Below are positions 7,656 through 15,175 of a stretch of 41,459 nucleotides of DNA, in pieces; position 1 is the stretch's first letter; each line of letters opens with the position of its first letter. A program made the position numbers and the translations under genes. Location of the stretch: assembly GCA_001775715.1 (NCBI GenBank), contig MEYC01000077.1, forward strand, positions 1 through 41,459, written 5' to 3'. This stretch comes from Candidatus Aminicenantes bacterium RBG_16_66_30 (GTDB taxonomy: Bacteria; Acidobacteriota; Aminicenantia; Aminicenantales; Saccharicenantaceae). The notes below the pieces were generated by a model. That model was not told the origin of the DNA and searched no databases. It was given only the letters and a program-made list of their open reading frames with translations.

Positions 7656-8640
7656 GACATTTCTCCTTGAGGTACCAGGCGACGACCTCGGCGAACTGGC
7701 GGACATGATCGTCGTCGGGCCGGTAACCCAGCTCCTCGATCGTCCTCGAGATGTCGTACGTCGTCTCCGAGGTGACGCGCCGGACGCGGTAGCGGTTGAC
7801 CGTGGGCTCGAAGCGGGGGAGGAGGGCCTGGGCGAGGCCCGAGACCGCCGCCGCGAGCCGGACCGCGAAGACGGGCACATAGATCCGCTGCCTCTTTCCC
7901 ACGCCCCGCTGGAAAGCCTCGAAGAGGTCCCGCCACATGGGCAGAACCCCGTTCGTCACGGTGTAGGCCCGGCCCTCGATCCCCTCGGTGACGAGGGCCA
8001 GCTCCGCCGCCTGACAGAGGTTCCCGACATAGCAATACGCGAAGCGCCAGCGGCCGCGCCCGACGATCAGCGGCAGGCCCTTCTCACAGCCGGCGAGAAG
8101 CCTGGCCGACGTGACGCGGTCGTTCGGCCCCAGGACATCGCCCGGCCTCAGGATGACGACCGGGAAGCCCCGGAGCGCGTGCTCGTCCCGGAGCTCGCAC
8201 TCCGTCCGGATCTTATGACGGACGTAGGGAACGAAGGCCGCCGACCGGCCCGGCCGGTCCTCGGAGATCGCCCGGCCGTCGAAGCCGAGCGTCAGGGCGG
8301 TCGAGATGTAGACGAAGCGCCGCAGGGGCGTCCCCGACTCCCGGATCCTGCGCACGAAGCTCCGGGTCATGTCGGCGATGTTCCGGGCGCAGTCCTCGTC
8401 GTTAGCCGTGTCGGAGACGAGCGACGCGGCGTGGACGATGCAGCTCGTCCCGGCCGGCAGCTCGATCCGTTCGGCGTAGCGGAGGTCCCCTTTGACCAGG
8501 CGGACGTCGAGGCCGTCGAGGAAGCGGAGGTCGGAGGACTCGCGGACGAGGGCGTCGACCTCCCAGCCCCGCTCGCGGAACCAGCGGCAGAGATTGGATC
8601 CGACGAACCCGTTGGCGCCGGTGACCAGGACCCGCTTCAT
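7639..8640 (-). CDS. NAD(P)-dependent epimerase/dehydratase-family SDR, copy B
   Basis: Starts MKRVLVTGANGFVGSNL (ATG at 8640, overlapping the PAP2 stop as ATGA). YVRHK (YxxxK) is present. Overlaps the CPBP start by 17 nt. Confidence 0.85.
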   Translation of the reverse strand: MKRVLVTGANGFVGSNLCRWFRERGWEVDALVRESSDLRFLDGLDVRLVKGDLRYAERIELPAGTSCIVHAASLVSDTANDEDCARNIADMTRSFVRRIRESGTPLRRFVYISTALTLGFDGRAISEDRPGRSAAFVPYVRHKIRTECELRDEHALRGFPVVILRPGDVLGPNDRVTSARLLAGCEKGLPLIVGRGRWRFAYCYVGNLCQAAELALVTEGIEGRAYTVTNGVLPMWRDLFEAFQRGVGKRQRIYVPVFAVRLAAAVSGLAQALLPRFEPTVNRYRVRRVTSETTYDISRTIEELGYRPDDDHVRQFAEVVAWYLKEKCHGRMA

Positions 8641-9554
8641 GGCCCGGCTCCCGGACGGACGGCCCGCCGCCCGTCCCAAGCCCTCTTGATCGCCGGAGCG
8701 GCCAGGAGGCAGAGCCCGGCCGCGGCGATGCCGGCGACCGCGTCGGAGACGTAATGGAAGCGGCCGTAGACCGTCGAGATGTAGAGCGAAAGGATGACCG
8801 GGGCGAGCCAGAGGAAGCCCCGCTTCGTGTATTTCCGGGCCATGAACCACATGACCGTGGCCACGGCGCAATGGGCGCTCGGGATGGAGCCTCCGGCCTG
8901 GTGGATATGGACGCGGATCCATTCGGCCACGGCGCCGAAGGTCCCGGACGCCAGGGGCGTCGTCAGGAGGGTCCGGACCTCCTGCCAATACATGGGACTG
9001 GCCACGGGGAAGAGGATGAAGCCGATCCCGCAGAGGAGGTTGACCAGGCCGAGATGGAAGAGGTAATCCTCGTTGGCCTCCTCGCCGTGCTTGAAGAAGA
9101 TGATCGCGCTAAGCACGGGGTAGAGGACGACATAGACAACGTAGACGAAGAACATCCACTCCGTCAGGAGGACCGAGTAGATCTCTTGGATGGCGACGAC
9201 GGGCTGGAGGCCGAAAAGCGCCTGCTCCCAAGCGAGGACACGGTCGTCCTGCCAGTCGAAAAAGAGGAGCTGGAGGTAGTTGCAGGTCTGGTAGATCTGG
9301 ATGTAGGTCAGCTGGACCGAGCCGGTCCGGACGAGGAACCGGAGCTCCCGGCGGCGGAGGCGCTTGAGGACGAGCAAGGATCCGACATAGAAGGCGATGA
9401 ACAGGAGGTTGACGCCGATGACGAAGACGGGGCGTTCGAGGCGCCCGGCGAAGGCGACCGCAAGGAGCGTCAGGCCGACCAGCCCGCCGAGCGTGACGGC
9501 GTCCGTCAGCCGGATCTCGAGCCCGGCCAGAACAAGGCGTCGCTGGGACATCAC
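8637..9554 (-). CDS. PAP2-superfamily integral membrane protein (PAP2_3 / inositol-phosphorylceramide-synthase-like phosphotransferase or lipid phosphatase)
   Basis: Multi-TM protein with the PAP2 C2 motif PSAH and a C3-type motif GRFHYVSD. The N-terminal half (DWQDDRVLAWEQALFGLQP) resembles the PAP2_3 branch. Call is by motif only; no search was run. Confidence 0.7.
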   Translation of the reverse strand: MMSQRRLVLAGLEIRLTDAVTLGGLVGLTLLAVAFAGRLERPVFVIGVNLLFIAFYVGSLLVLKRLRRRELRFLVRTGSVQLTYIQIYQTCNYLQLLFFDWQDDRVLAWEQALFGLQPVVAIQEIYSVLLTEWMFFVYVVYVVLYPVLSAIIFFKHGEEANEDYLFHLGLVNLLCGIGFILFPVASPMYWQEVRTLLTTPLASGTFGAVAEWIRVHIHQAGGSIPSAHCAVATVMWFMARKYTKRGFLWLAPVILSLYISTVYGRFHYVSDAVAGIAAAGLCLLAAPAIKRAWDGRRAVRPGAGP

Positions 9555-10552
9555 CCCCCCGTCCCCGGGCCCGCGGGCCGGGCCGCGGACCCGAGCGCCT
9601 CGACCGTCCGGCGCACCGATTCGCGCATGGCGTACCGCGGCCGGAAGCCGAGCTCACGCTCGATCTTCGATCCGTCGTAGATCCAGAAGTGGTCGCGGCC
9701 GGCCCGGACGATTTCCCGGGTCAGCCGCGGCGGCCGCCGGGTCCGCCGGGCGGCCGCTTCGGCCAGGCGCGCGGCCAGGAGCTGAACGACGAAGGGGACG
9801 CGCACCCTGAAGCCGCGAACGCCGAGCTCCTCGGCGATGGCCGCCGTGATCTCGGGCCAGGCATAGGCCCGGCCGTCCGTGACGAAATAGGTCTGGCCCG
9901 GGCTGCGGGGGCTCTCGGCGGCCAGGATCAGGGCTTCGACGAGATCGTCCACGTCGACGAGGCTCGTTCTCGGCCGTCCGTCGCCGATCGCCGGGACGAT
10001 CCTCCGGCGCACGAGCCGGATCGCCTGCTCGAGCTCCTTCGATCCCGGGCCGAGGACGTTCGGCGGACGGACGACGGTCACGGGCATGCGGGCCGCGGCC
10101 TCCAGGACGAAGCGCTCGGCGGCGAGCTTGCTCCGCCCGTACGGGGAGACCGGGCGGGGAAGATCTCCCTCGGTGGCCGGCCGTTCCGAGACGTTCGGGC
10201 CGGCCGCGGCGATGCTCGAGACGAAGACGAACCGGCCGGGCCGGGGAGCGGCCCGGAGACAGGCCTCGACGAGGTTCCGCGTCCCCCCCGCGTTGCACGC
10301 CTCGAAGGCCGCCTCGTCGACCGCATGGACGACCCCGGCCAGATGGAAGACGCGGTCACGGCCGGCGACGGCCCGGTCGAGCGAGGCCGGATCGGCGAGG
10401 TCGCCGACGACGAGCGCGACGGGGAGGTTCCGGAGGGGCGCCGTGAGGCTTGTCCGTCGGACGAGGCACGCAACATCGTGCCCCCGCGAAGCGAGCTCCC
10501 CGGCCAGACGGCGGCCGATGAATCCGCTCGCCCCTGTGATCAGGGCTTTCAT
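9551..10552 (-). CDS. NAD(P)-dependent epimerase/dehydratase-family SDR, copy A (first gene of the operon)
   Basis: MKALITGASGFIGRRL Rossmann motif and YGRSK (YxxxK). The stop overlaps the PAP2 start. Confidence 0.85.
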   Translation of the reverse strand: MKALITGASGFIGRRLAGELASRGHDVACLVRRTSLTAPLRNLPVALVVGDLADPASLDRAVAGRDRVFHLAGVVHAVDEAAFEACNAGGTRNLVEACLRAAPRPGRFVFVSSIAAAGPNVSERPATEGDLPRPVSPYGRSKLAAERFVLEAAARMPVTVVRPPNVLGPGSKELEQAIRLVRRRIVPAIGDGRPRTSLVDVDDLVEALILAAESPRSPGQTYFVTDGRAYAWPEITAAIAEELGVRGFRVRVPFVVQLLAARLAEAAARRTRRPPRLTREIVRAGRDHFWIYDGSKIERELGFRPRYAMRESVRRTVEALGSAARPAGPGTGG

Positions 10553-10559
10553 CGCCCTG

Positions 10560-10568
10560 ATTCTATCA
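10560..10568 (-). promoter_or_regulatory. Extended -10 element (TGATAGAAT) 7 nt upstream of the ATG at 10552, implying a leaderless transcript for the SDR-PAP2-SDR-CPBP-SDR operon
   Basis: The minus strand reads TGATAGAAT-cagggcg-ATG. There is no Shine-Dalgarno sequence between the element and the start. The -35 region is weak (TTTTCT-like). Confidence 0.4.
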
Positions 10569-10597
10569 GAACTCGTCCGGGAAGAAAAAGACGCGGA

Positions 10598-10627
10598 TTG
10601 ACGGGGTCCCCCGGACTATGCTAGCTT
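10598..10627 (+). promoter_or_regulatory. Candidate promoter for the TonB-type OMP gene (TTGACG-18-TAGCTT)
   Basis: TTGACG at 10598-10603 and TAGCTT at 10622-10627. Followed by a roughly 45-nt leader with a strong AAAGGAGGA Shine-Dalgarno sequence before the ATG at 10677. Confidence 0.3.
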
Positions 10628-10676
10628 CATCCTAGGGGGATATCACCGGATCCTCGAAGCAAAAGGAGGAATACAA

Positions 10677-13415
10677 ATGAGCGTCAAGACCAAGTTCCTC
10701 GCGTGGGGCCTCGTCATCTGCATCCTGGCCGGCGCCCCAGCCTTGGCCGCCCAGGAGCGCGGCTCCGTCCGCGGCGTCGTCAAGGACGCCGACGGCACCG
10801 CCGTCGAGGGGGCCACGGTGTCCATCACCGGGTCCCTCATTCCGCAGGGCCGGGAGTTCGTGACCAAGAAGGACGGCGTCTTCCTGTTCCAGGGCGTGCC
10901 GCCGGGGACCTACACGGTCCTCGTCACCCATCCCCAGATGATGGACTACGCCGTCGAGGTCATGGTCACGGTCGACCGGCAGACGACGGTCAACGTCTCC
11001 ATGTCCGCCGTCGGCCGCGTCTCCGAAGAGATCACCGTCCAGGCCGTCTCCCCGGTCATCGACCTGAAATCGACCGAGATCTCGGCCAGCTGGCAGAAGG
11101 ACCTCGTCGAGAAGCTGCCCATCGGGCGGTCCTACGCCTCGCTCTTCCAGCTGGCGCCGGGCGTCGCCGACAACCGCGACTTCGCCCCGAACGCCGGCGG
11201 CAACAAGCAGGACAACGTCTACCTCTACGACGGGTCGAACATCACCAATCCGCTCTTCGGCTACCTGGGCGCCAATTTCTCCGAGATGGACATCCAGGAG
11301 GTCAACATCAAGCGGGGCGGCATCACCGCCGAGTTCGGCCGGGCCGCCGGCATGGTGACCAACGCCATCACCAAGTCCGGCTCCAATCAGGTGACCGGGT
11401 CGCTGCGGTTCATCTTCGAGCCATCGTCCTTCATGGCCGGCCCCAAGACGGCGACGATCATCACGCCCTACGACGCGTACGCGCCCTCGATCGGGATCGG
11501 CGGCCCGTTCATCAAGAACAAGCTTTTCTGGTACGTTTCGGCCAACCTGCCCTATTCGAAGACGTCCGGACGGATCAACAACCTCGGACCCGTGCCCGAC
11601 TCCAAGACGACGTCGCGCGAGTTCTTCGGCAAGGTCAGCGCCAACCCGTTCAAGGCCCACCTCTTCTCGGTCAGCGTCCGCAACAACAACTACTCTTCGA
11701 ACAATTACGGGGTCGGCGTCAACGACGCCCCCTCCGTGGCCGTCGACGGAAAGAACGACGACTGGATCATCTATGGGTCGTGGGTCTGGACGATCACGCA
11801 ATCGACCCTTCTCGAGACCCGATACGACCACGTCAAAGAAGACTATGCGATGGCGCCCATCACCGACCTCGGCTACCGGCCGGCGTTCGACATCGCCCAC
11901 CTCGACCAGATGGGCTATTTCCGGACGGCGACCGGCTATATCTATCCCCCCGCGACCCTCAGCGGCCAGTATGTCGGCGGGGCGTCGGAGTACAACACCC
12001 AGAACTTCTTCCGCGACGAGTTCAAGATGGTCCTCAGCCAGTACCTCGACTTCGCCTGGAGCTCGCACATCATCAAGTTCGGCTTTTCCTACGATGACGG
12101 CGGCGAATACCTCTGGCGCAAGGCCAACGGCTGGGGCTCGATCATCACCACGACCTACACCGGCGTCAACGCCTTCCGGGCCCGGCACTACACCGAACAG
12201 CCGGCCCAGGATTCCCGCGGCCGGACCTACTCCATCTTCCTCCAGGACAACGTCACGTTCGCCGAGCGCGTGACATTGACGGCGGGCCTGCTCCTCAACC
12301 GGGACGAGCTCAGCGCCAAGACTGGCGGCGGGAAGAACACCTTCCTCCGGTTCAGCTTCGATAGGGAGGTCCAGCCGCGCCTCGGGCTCGCGTTCACGCT
12401 ATTCCCCCGGGTCGGCGATAAGATCTACGTCAACTGGGGCCGTTACAATAATATGGACAACCGCAGTCTGGCCCGGGCCGCCGCGCCGATCCGGATCTTC
12501 CGGACGGACGCCTATTTCAGCCGGGCCGACGGGACCCTGCTGGCCGAGGTCATCCAGGCGGGGGAGACCGGGAAGGTCATCCTGCCCGGCCTCAAGCCCA
12601 TGTACACCGACGAGTTCGTCGCCGGCTACAGCCGGCCGTTCGGCCGGGTCTGGAGCGTCGAGATCTGGGGTCAGTACCGGAAGGTCCGCAACGTCATCGA
12701 GGACTTCCCGACCCGCAACCGGGACCTCTCCTCCGCGAGCGCCTACGTCTACGGCAACCTCAACGGCCAGACCATGTCCTACGGCGGCTACCCCGAGTTC
12801 ACGGTCGGCAAGGCCCGCCGGATTTATAAAGCCCTGAACTTCGAGCTCAAGAAGCAGTACGCCGGCAAATGGTCCCTGAACTTCATGTATACATGGAGCA
12901 GGCTCGCCGGGAACTGGGACCTCGACTACGCGTCCGGCACAGCCCTTTTCTACGCGTCCTCCTACCTCGAGGACGCGCCCGGGCTCTACATCGGCGACCC
13001 CGATGACCCGGCCAACCTCCGCGTCGGGCTCATGACCGGACACCGCGAGCACGTCATGAAGCTCTTCGGGACGTGGGAGTTCTTTAAGAACGCCTCCGTC
13101 GGCTTCTACGGCCGGCTTCAGAGCGGACGGCCCTGGGAAGCCCGGACCCAGGACGCCTACGGCAACTACTACCGCTACGCGGAGAAGGCCGGGACGAACA
13201 CCCTCGATACCTGGATCAACGCCGATCTCCAGCTCACCTACGATATTCCCTTCAACTCCCGGTTCAGCGGCACGCTCGAGGCCCGGTTCATGAACCTGTT
13301 CGATACGCAGACGGTCCTCGGCATCGACCAGCGCCAGGACCAGCCGACGTTCACCAACCCGACTTCCTACGCGTCGCCGCGGAAATTCGCGCTCTCGTTC
13401 TATTTCAACTTTTAA
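10677..13415 (+). CDS. TonB-dependent-receptor-like outer-membrane beta-barrel with an N-terminal carboxypeptidase-regulatory-like domain
   Basis: Signal peptide (LAGAPALAAQ). CarboxypepD_reg-like segment GSVRGVVKDADGTAVEGATVSI...GVFLFQGVPPGTYTV, followed by a plug-like region. The long body has alternating beta-strand character and ends in a C-terminal aromatic residue (FYFNF). Confidence 0.85.
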   Translation: MSVKTKFLAWGLVICILAGAPALAAQERGSVRGVVKDADGTAVEGATVSITGSLIPQGREFVTKKDGVFLFQGVPPGTYTVLVTHPQMMDYAVEVMVTVDRQTTVNVSMSAVGRVSEEITVQAVSPVIDLKSTEISASWQKDLVEKLPIGRSYASLFQLAPGVADNRDFAPNAGGNKQDNVYLYDGSNITNPLFGYLGANFSEMDIQEVNIKRGGITAEFGRAAGMVTNAITKSGSNQVTGSLRFIFEPSSFMAGPKTATIITPYDAYAPSIGIGGPFIKNKLFWYVSANLPYSKTSGRINNLGPVPDSKTTSREFFGKVSANPFKAHLFSVSVRNNNYSSNNYGVGVNDAPSVAVDGKNDDWIIYGSWVWTITQSTLLETRYDHVKEDYAMAPITDLGYRPAFDIAHLDQMGYFRTATGYIYPPATLSGQYVGGASEYNTQNFFRDEFKMVLSQYLDFAWSSHIIKFGFSYDDGGEYLWRKANGWGSIITTTYTGVNAFRARHYTEQPAQDSRGRTYSIFLQDNVTFAERVTLTAGLLLNRDELSAKTGGGKNTFLRFSFDREVQPRLGLAFTLFPRVGDKIYVNWGRYNNMDNRSLARAAAPIRIFRTDAYFSRADGTLLAEVIQAGETGKVILPGLKPMYTDEFVAGYSRPFGRVWSVEIWGQYRKVRNVIEDFPTRNRDLSSASAYVYGNLNGQTMSYGGYPEFTVGKARRIYKALNFELKKQYAGKWSLNFMYTWSRLAGNWDLDYASGTALFYASSYLEDAPGLYIGDPDDPANLRVGLMTGHREHVMKLFGTWEFFKNASVGFYGRLQSGRPWEARTQDAYGNYYRYAEKAGTNTLDTWINADLQLTYDIPFNSRFSGTLEARFMNLFDTQTVLGIDQRQDQPTFTNPTSYASPRKFALSFYFNF

Positions 13416-13422
13416 TTAAGAA

Positions 13423-13519
13423 AAGGGGTCAAATCTTTAATCACGCAATTCTCATATCGAAAGCGTCTCTTCATCGGCAAAAGCGAGGGAACATTGCGTG
13501 ATTTAAGATTTGACCCCTT
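13423..13519. repeat. Palindromic repeat element, copy 1: 27-nt inverted arms with a 43-nt spacer. Also likely the terminator of the OMP gene.
   Basis: The left arm is AAGGGGTCAAATCTTTAATCACGCAAT (13423-13449). The right arm is ATTGCGTGATTTAAGATTTGACCCCTT (13493-13519). The arms match at 25 of 27 positions and are followed by CTTTT. The same arms recur at 34761-34815. Confidence 0.8.
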
Positions 13520-13532
13520 CTTTTATCTGGGT

Positions 13533-13561
13533 TTGACCCCATCCCCTAAAGATGGGATAAT
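13533..13561 (+). promoter_or_regulatory. Sigma70-type promoter (TTGACC-17-GATAAT) 9 nt upstream of the small ORF and czc operon
   Basis: TTGACC at 13533-13538 and GATAAT at 13556-13561. The ATG at 13571 follows with no Shine-Dalgarno sequence, giving an effectively leaderless transcript. Confidence 0.5.
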
Positions 13562-13570
13562 CATCAAAGC

Positions 13571-13876
13571 ATGAAAAAGGCTGTGGCCGTTGTTTTTATC
13601 CTCGTCTTCGCCGCCGCGATGTTCCATTACTTCTATGGCGAGGACCACGGCGCCGTCCGCTTCCCCCCGGCCGACGGCGGATTCACCCACGTTCACCATC
13701 ATCATGGGAACGCTTCGACATGCCTGTGTTTCGTAAGCGCGCTGGCGGGCCCCGAAGCCGATGACTGGGTTCGGGCCACGGACTTCCGGATCATGCTGAC
13801 CCCTCCCGGCGAAAGCCGCCTTCGCGCTTCTCTGGGCTCCGACATCGCCCACCCTCCCAGAATCCTCCCCGCCTGA
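13571..13876 (+). CDS. Small hypothetical protein with an N-terminal hydrophobic segment and an HVHHHHG motif (possible metal-binding accessory of the czc operon)
   Basis: 101-aa ORF with high GC3. MKKAVAVVFILVFAAAMF is an anchor or signal segment, followed by a His cluster and two Cys. It sits directly behind a good promoter and immediately upstream of czcC-like. No recognisable family. Confidence 0.45.
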   Translation: MKKAVAVVFILVFAAAMFHYFYGEDHGAVRFPPADGGFTHVHHHHGNASTCLCFVSALAGPEADDWVRATDFRIMLTPPGESRLRASLGSDIAHPPRILPA

Positions 13877-13921
13877 GCCTTCTGCCGGTCTCCCCTCGAC
13901 GCCCCGAAAAGGAGGACTCTT

Positions 13922-15163
13922 ATGTGGCGAAAAAGCGCCGCGTTCCGTGCCGCCCTAGCGGCGGTGATCTTGGTCACCACCCTTTCCGCCCAGGAAGGCG
14001 GTCTCACCATCGAAAAGGCCGTGGAGATCGCCCGATCTCGCAACCCGGACGTCCTCGCGGCCCGGACCGCGATCGAGGCCGCCCGAGGCCGGACGCTCCA
14101 GTTCAAGGCCCGGCCCGAGCCGTCGATCCTGGCCAGCGTCGAGGGCGTGCCCATTCCCGGACTCAAAAAAGAAGGCGATCAAACCGAGGTCAACCTCGGG
14201 ATCGAACAAGTCTTCGAATACCCCGGCAAACGCTCTCTGAGGACAGAGATCGGCCTTCAGGGGGAGAGCCTGGCCCAGGCCGAGCTCGAAAGAGTCCGAC
14301 TCCTCGTCGCGGCCCGGGTGAAGAAAGCCTATTGGAAAGCGGCCTTCGCCGATAGCGCGGTCGACGCCCTGGGACGGTCCGAGTCCCGGCTCGATGCCCT
14401 CCTGGCCGACCTTCAGGCGAAATACAGGACGAGCGCCGCTTCCTATGCCGACATCCTGCGGGCACGGGCCGAAAAGGCCCGCTTGCGAAACCAGATCATC
14501 GAGCAGACAAAGGAGAGGCACGCCGCCGGCTTGGAGCTGAACGTGCTCTTGGGGAGGGCCTCCGACGAGCCTGTCGAGCTCCTGACCGCCATGTCCTTCA
14601 CGCCGCTCACAGCGGACCTCCCCGGCCTTTGGGAGAATGCCCAGGCGACCCGGCCGTCCTTCATGATCGCAGCCTTGCTGAAGGACCGCGCGGCCTCGGC
14701 CGTCAAGCTGGCCGGGCTCAGCCGTCGTCCCGATTTTCTGGCCGGCTTCCTCATCCCCAGCGTCCGGCCCAACGCCTGGGGGATCTCGTTCGGCCTGACC
14801 ATGCCCTTTCTCCGTCCGGGAAGGGCCAAGGGAGCGGCCATGGAGGCGGGCGCCGAGGCGGACCTCGCCAGGATCGCGGCCGAGGCCCTGGACAGGCGCG
14901 TCCGGTCGGTCCTGGAGAGGGCCTACACCGCAGCCAAGGCGGCCGAAGAGCAGGTCCTCGTCTTTGAGAAGAGCTTGCTTTCGGAGCTGGAGAACGAGCT
15001 CAAGATCCAGCTCGAGTATTTCCGCTACGGCAAGGTCGAGGCCTTCAGCCTTCTCGACCTCCACCGGACCTATGTCCTGGCCGAGGTCGAGCATCTGCGC
15101 GCCCTCCTTTCTTACAACCTCGCCCTGATCGATCTGGAAGTCGCCGGCGAGGAAACGGAATAA
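13922..15163 (+). CDS. czcC: TolC-family outer-membrane efflux protein (CzcC/CusC-like)
   Basis: Signal peptide plus the typical LTIEKAVEIARSRNPDVLAARTAIEAARG opening and two coiled-coil repeat halves. First component of a C-B-A efflux operon. AAAGGAGGA Shine-Dalgarno sequence. Confidence 0.85.
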   Translation: MWRKSAAFRAALAAVILVTTLSAQEGGLTIEKAVEIARSRNPDVLAARTAIEAARGRTLQFKARPEPSILASVEGVPIPGLKKEGDQTEVNLGIEQVFEYPGKRSLRTEIGLQGESLAQAELERVRLLVAARVKKAYWKAAFADSAVDALGRSESRLDALLADLQAKYRTSAASYADILRARAEKARLRNQIIEQTKERHAAGLELNVLLGRASDEPVELLTAMSFTPLTADLPGLWENAQATRPSFMIAALLKDRAASAVKLAGLSRRPDFLAGFLIPSVRPNAWGISFGLTMPFLRPGRAKGAAMEAGAEADLARIAAEALDRRVRSVLERAYTAAKAAEEQVLVFEKSLLSELENELKIQLEYFRYGKVEAFSLLDLHRTYVLAEVEHLRALLSYNLALIDLEVAGEETE

Positions 15164-15175
15164 CGGAGAATCCCC

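Noticed and set aside
7656-8988. N-terminal extensions of track ORFs. These are 6942-7880 (75 extra aa), 7639-8988 (116 extra aa), 37502-39460 (143 extra aa), 3984-4073, 23123-23263, 28902-28937 and 29799-29861.
   Set aside because: The extensions are low-complexity, overlap the upstream gene, and lack ribosome-binding sites. Internal starts coincide with the canonical family N-termini (GxxGxxG, signal peptides) and with Shine-Dalgarno sequences or ATGA coupling.
13423-13519. CRISPR array or IS/transposon ends as an explanation for the palindromic repeats and the tandem 10-mer at 25844
   Set aside because: There are only two inverted-arm copies 21 kb apart and one 2-unit 10-mer. There are no regularly spaced direct repeats with spacers, no cas genes, no transposase or integrase ORF, and no target-site duplications that I can see.
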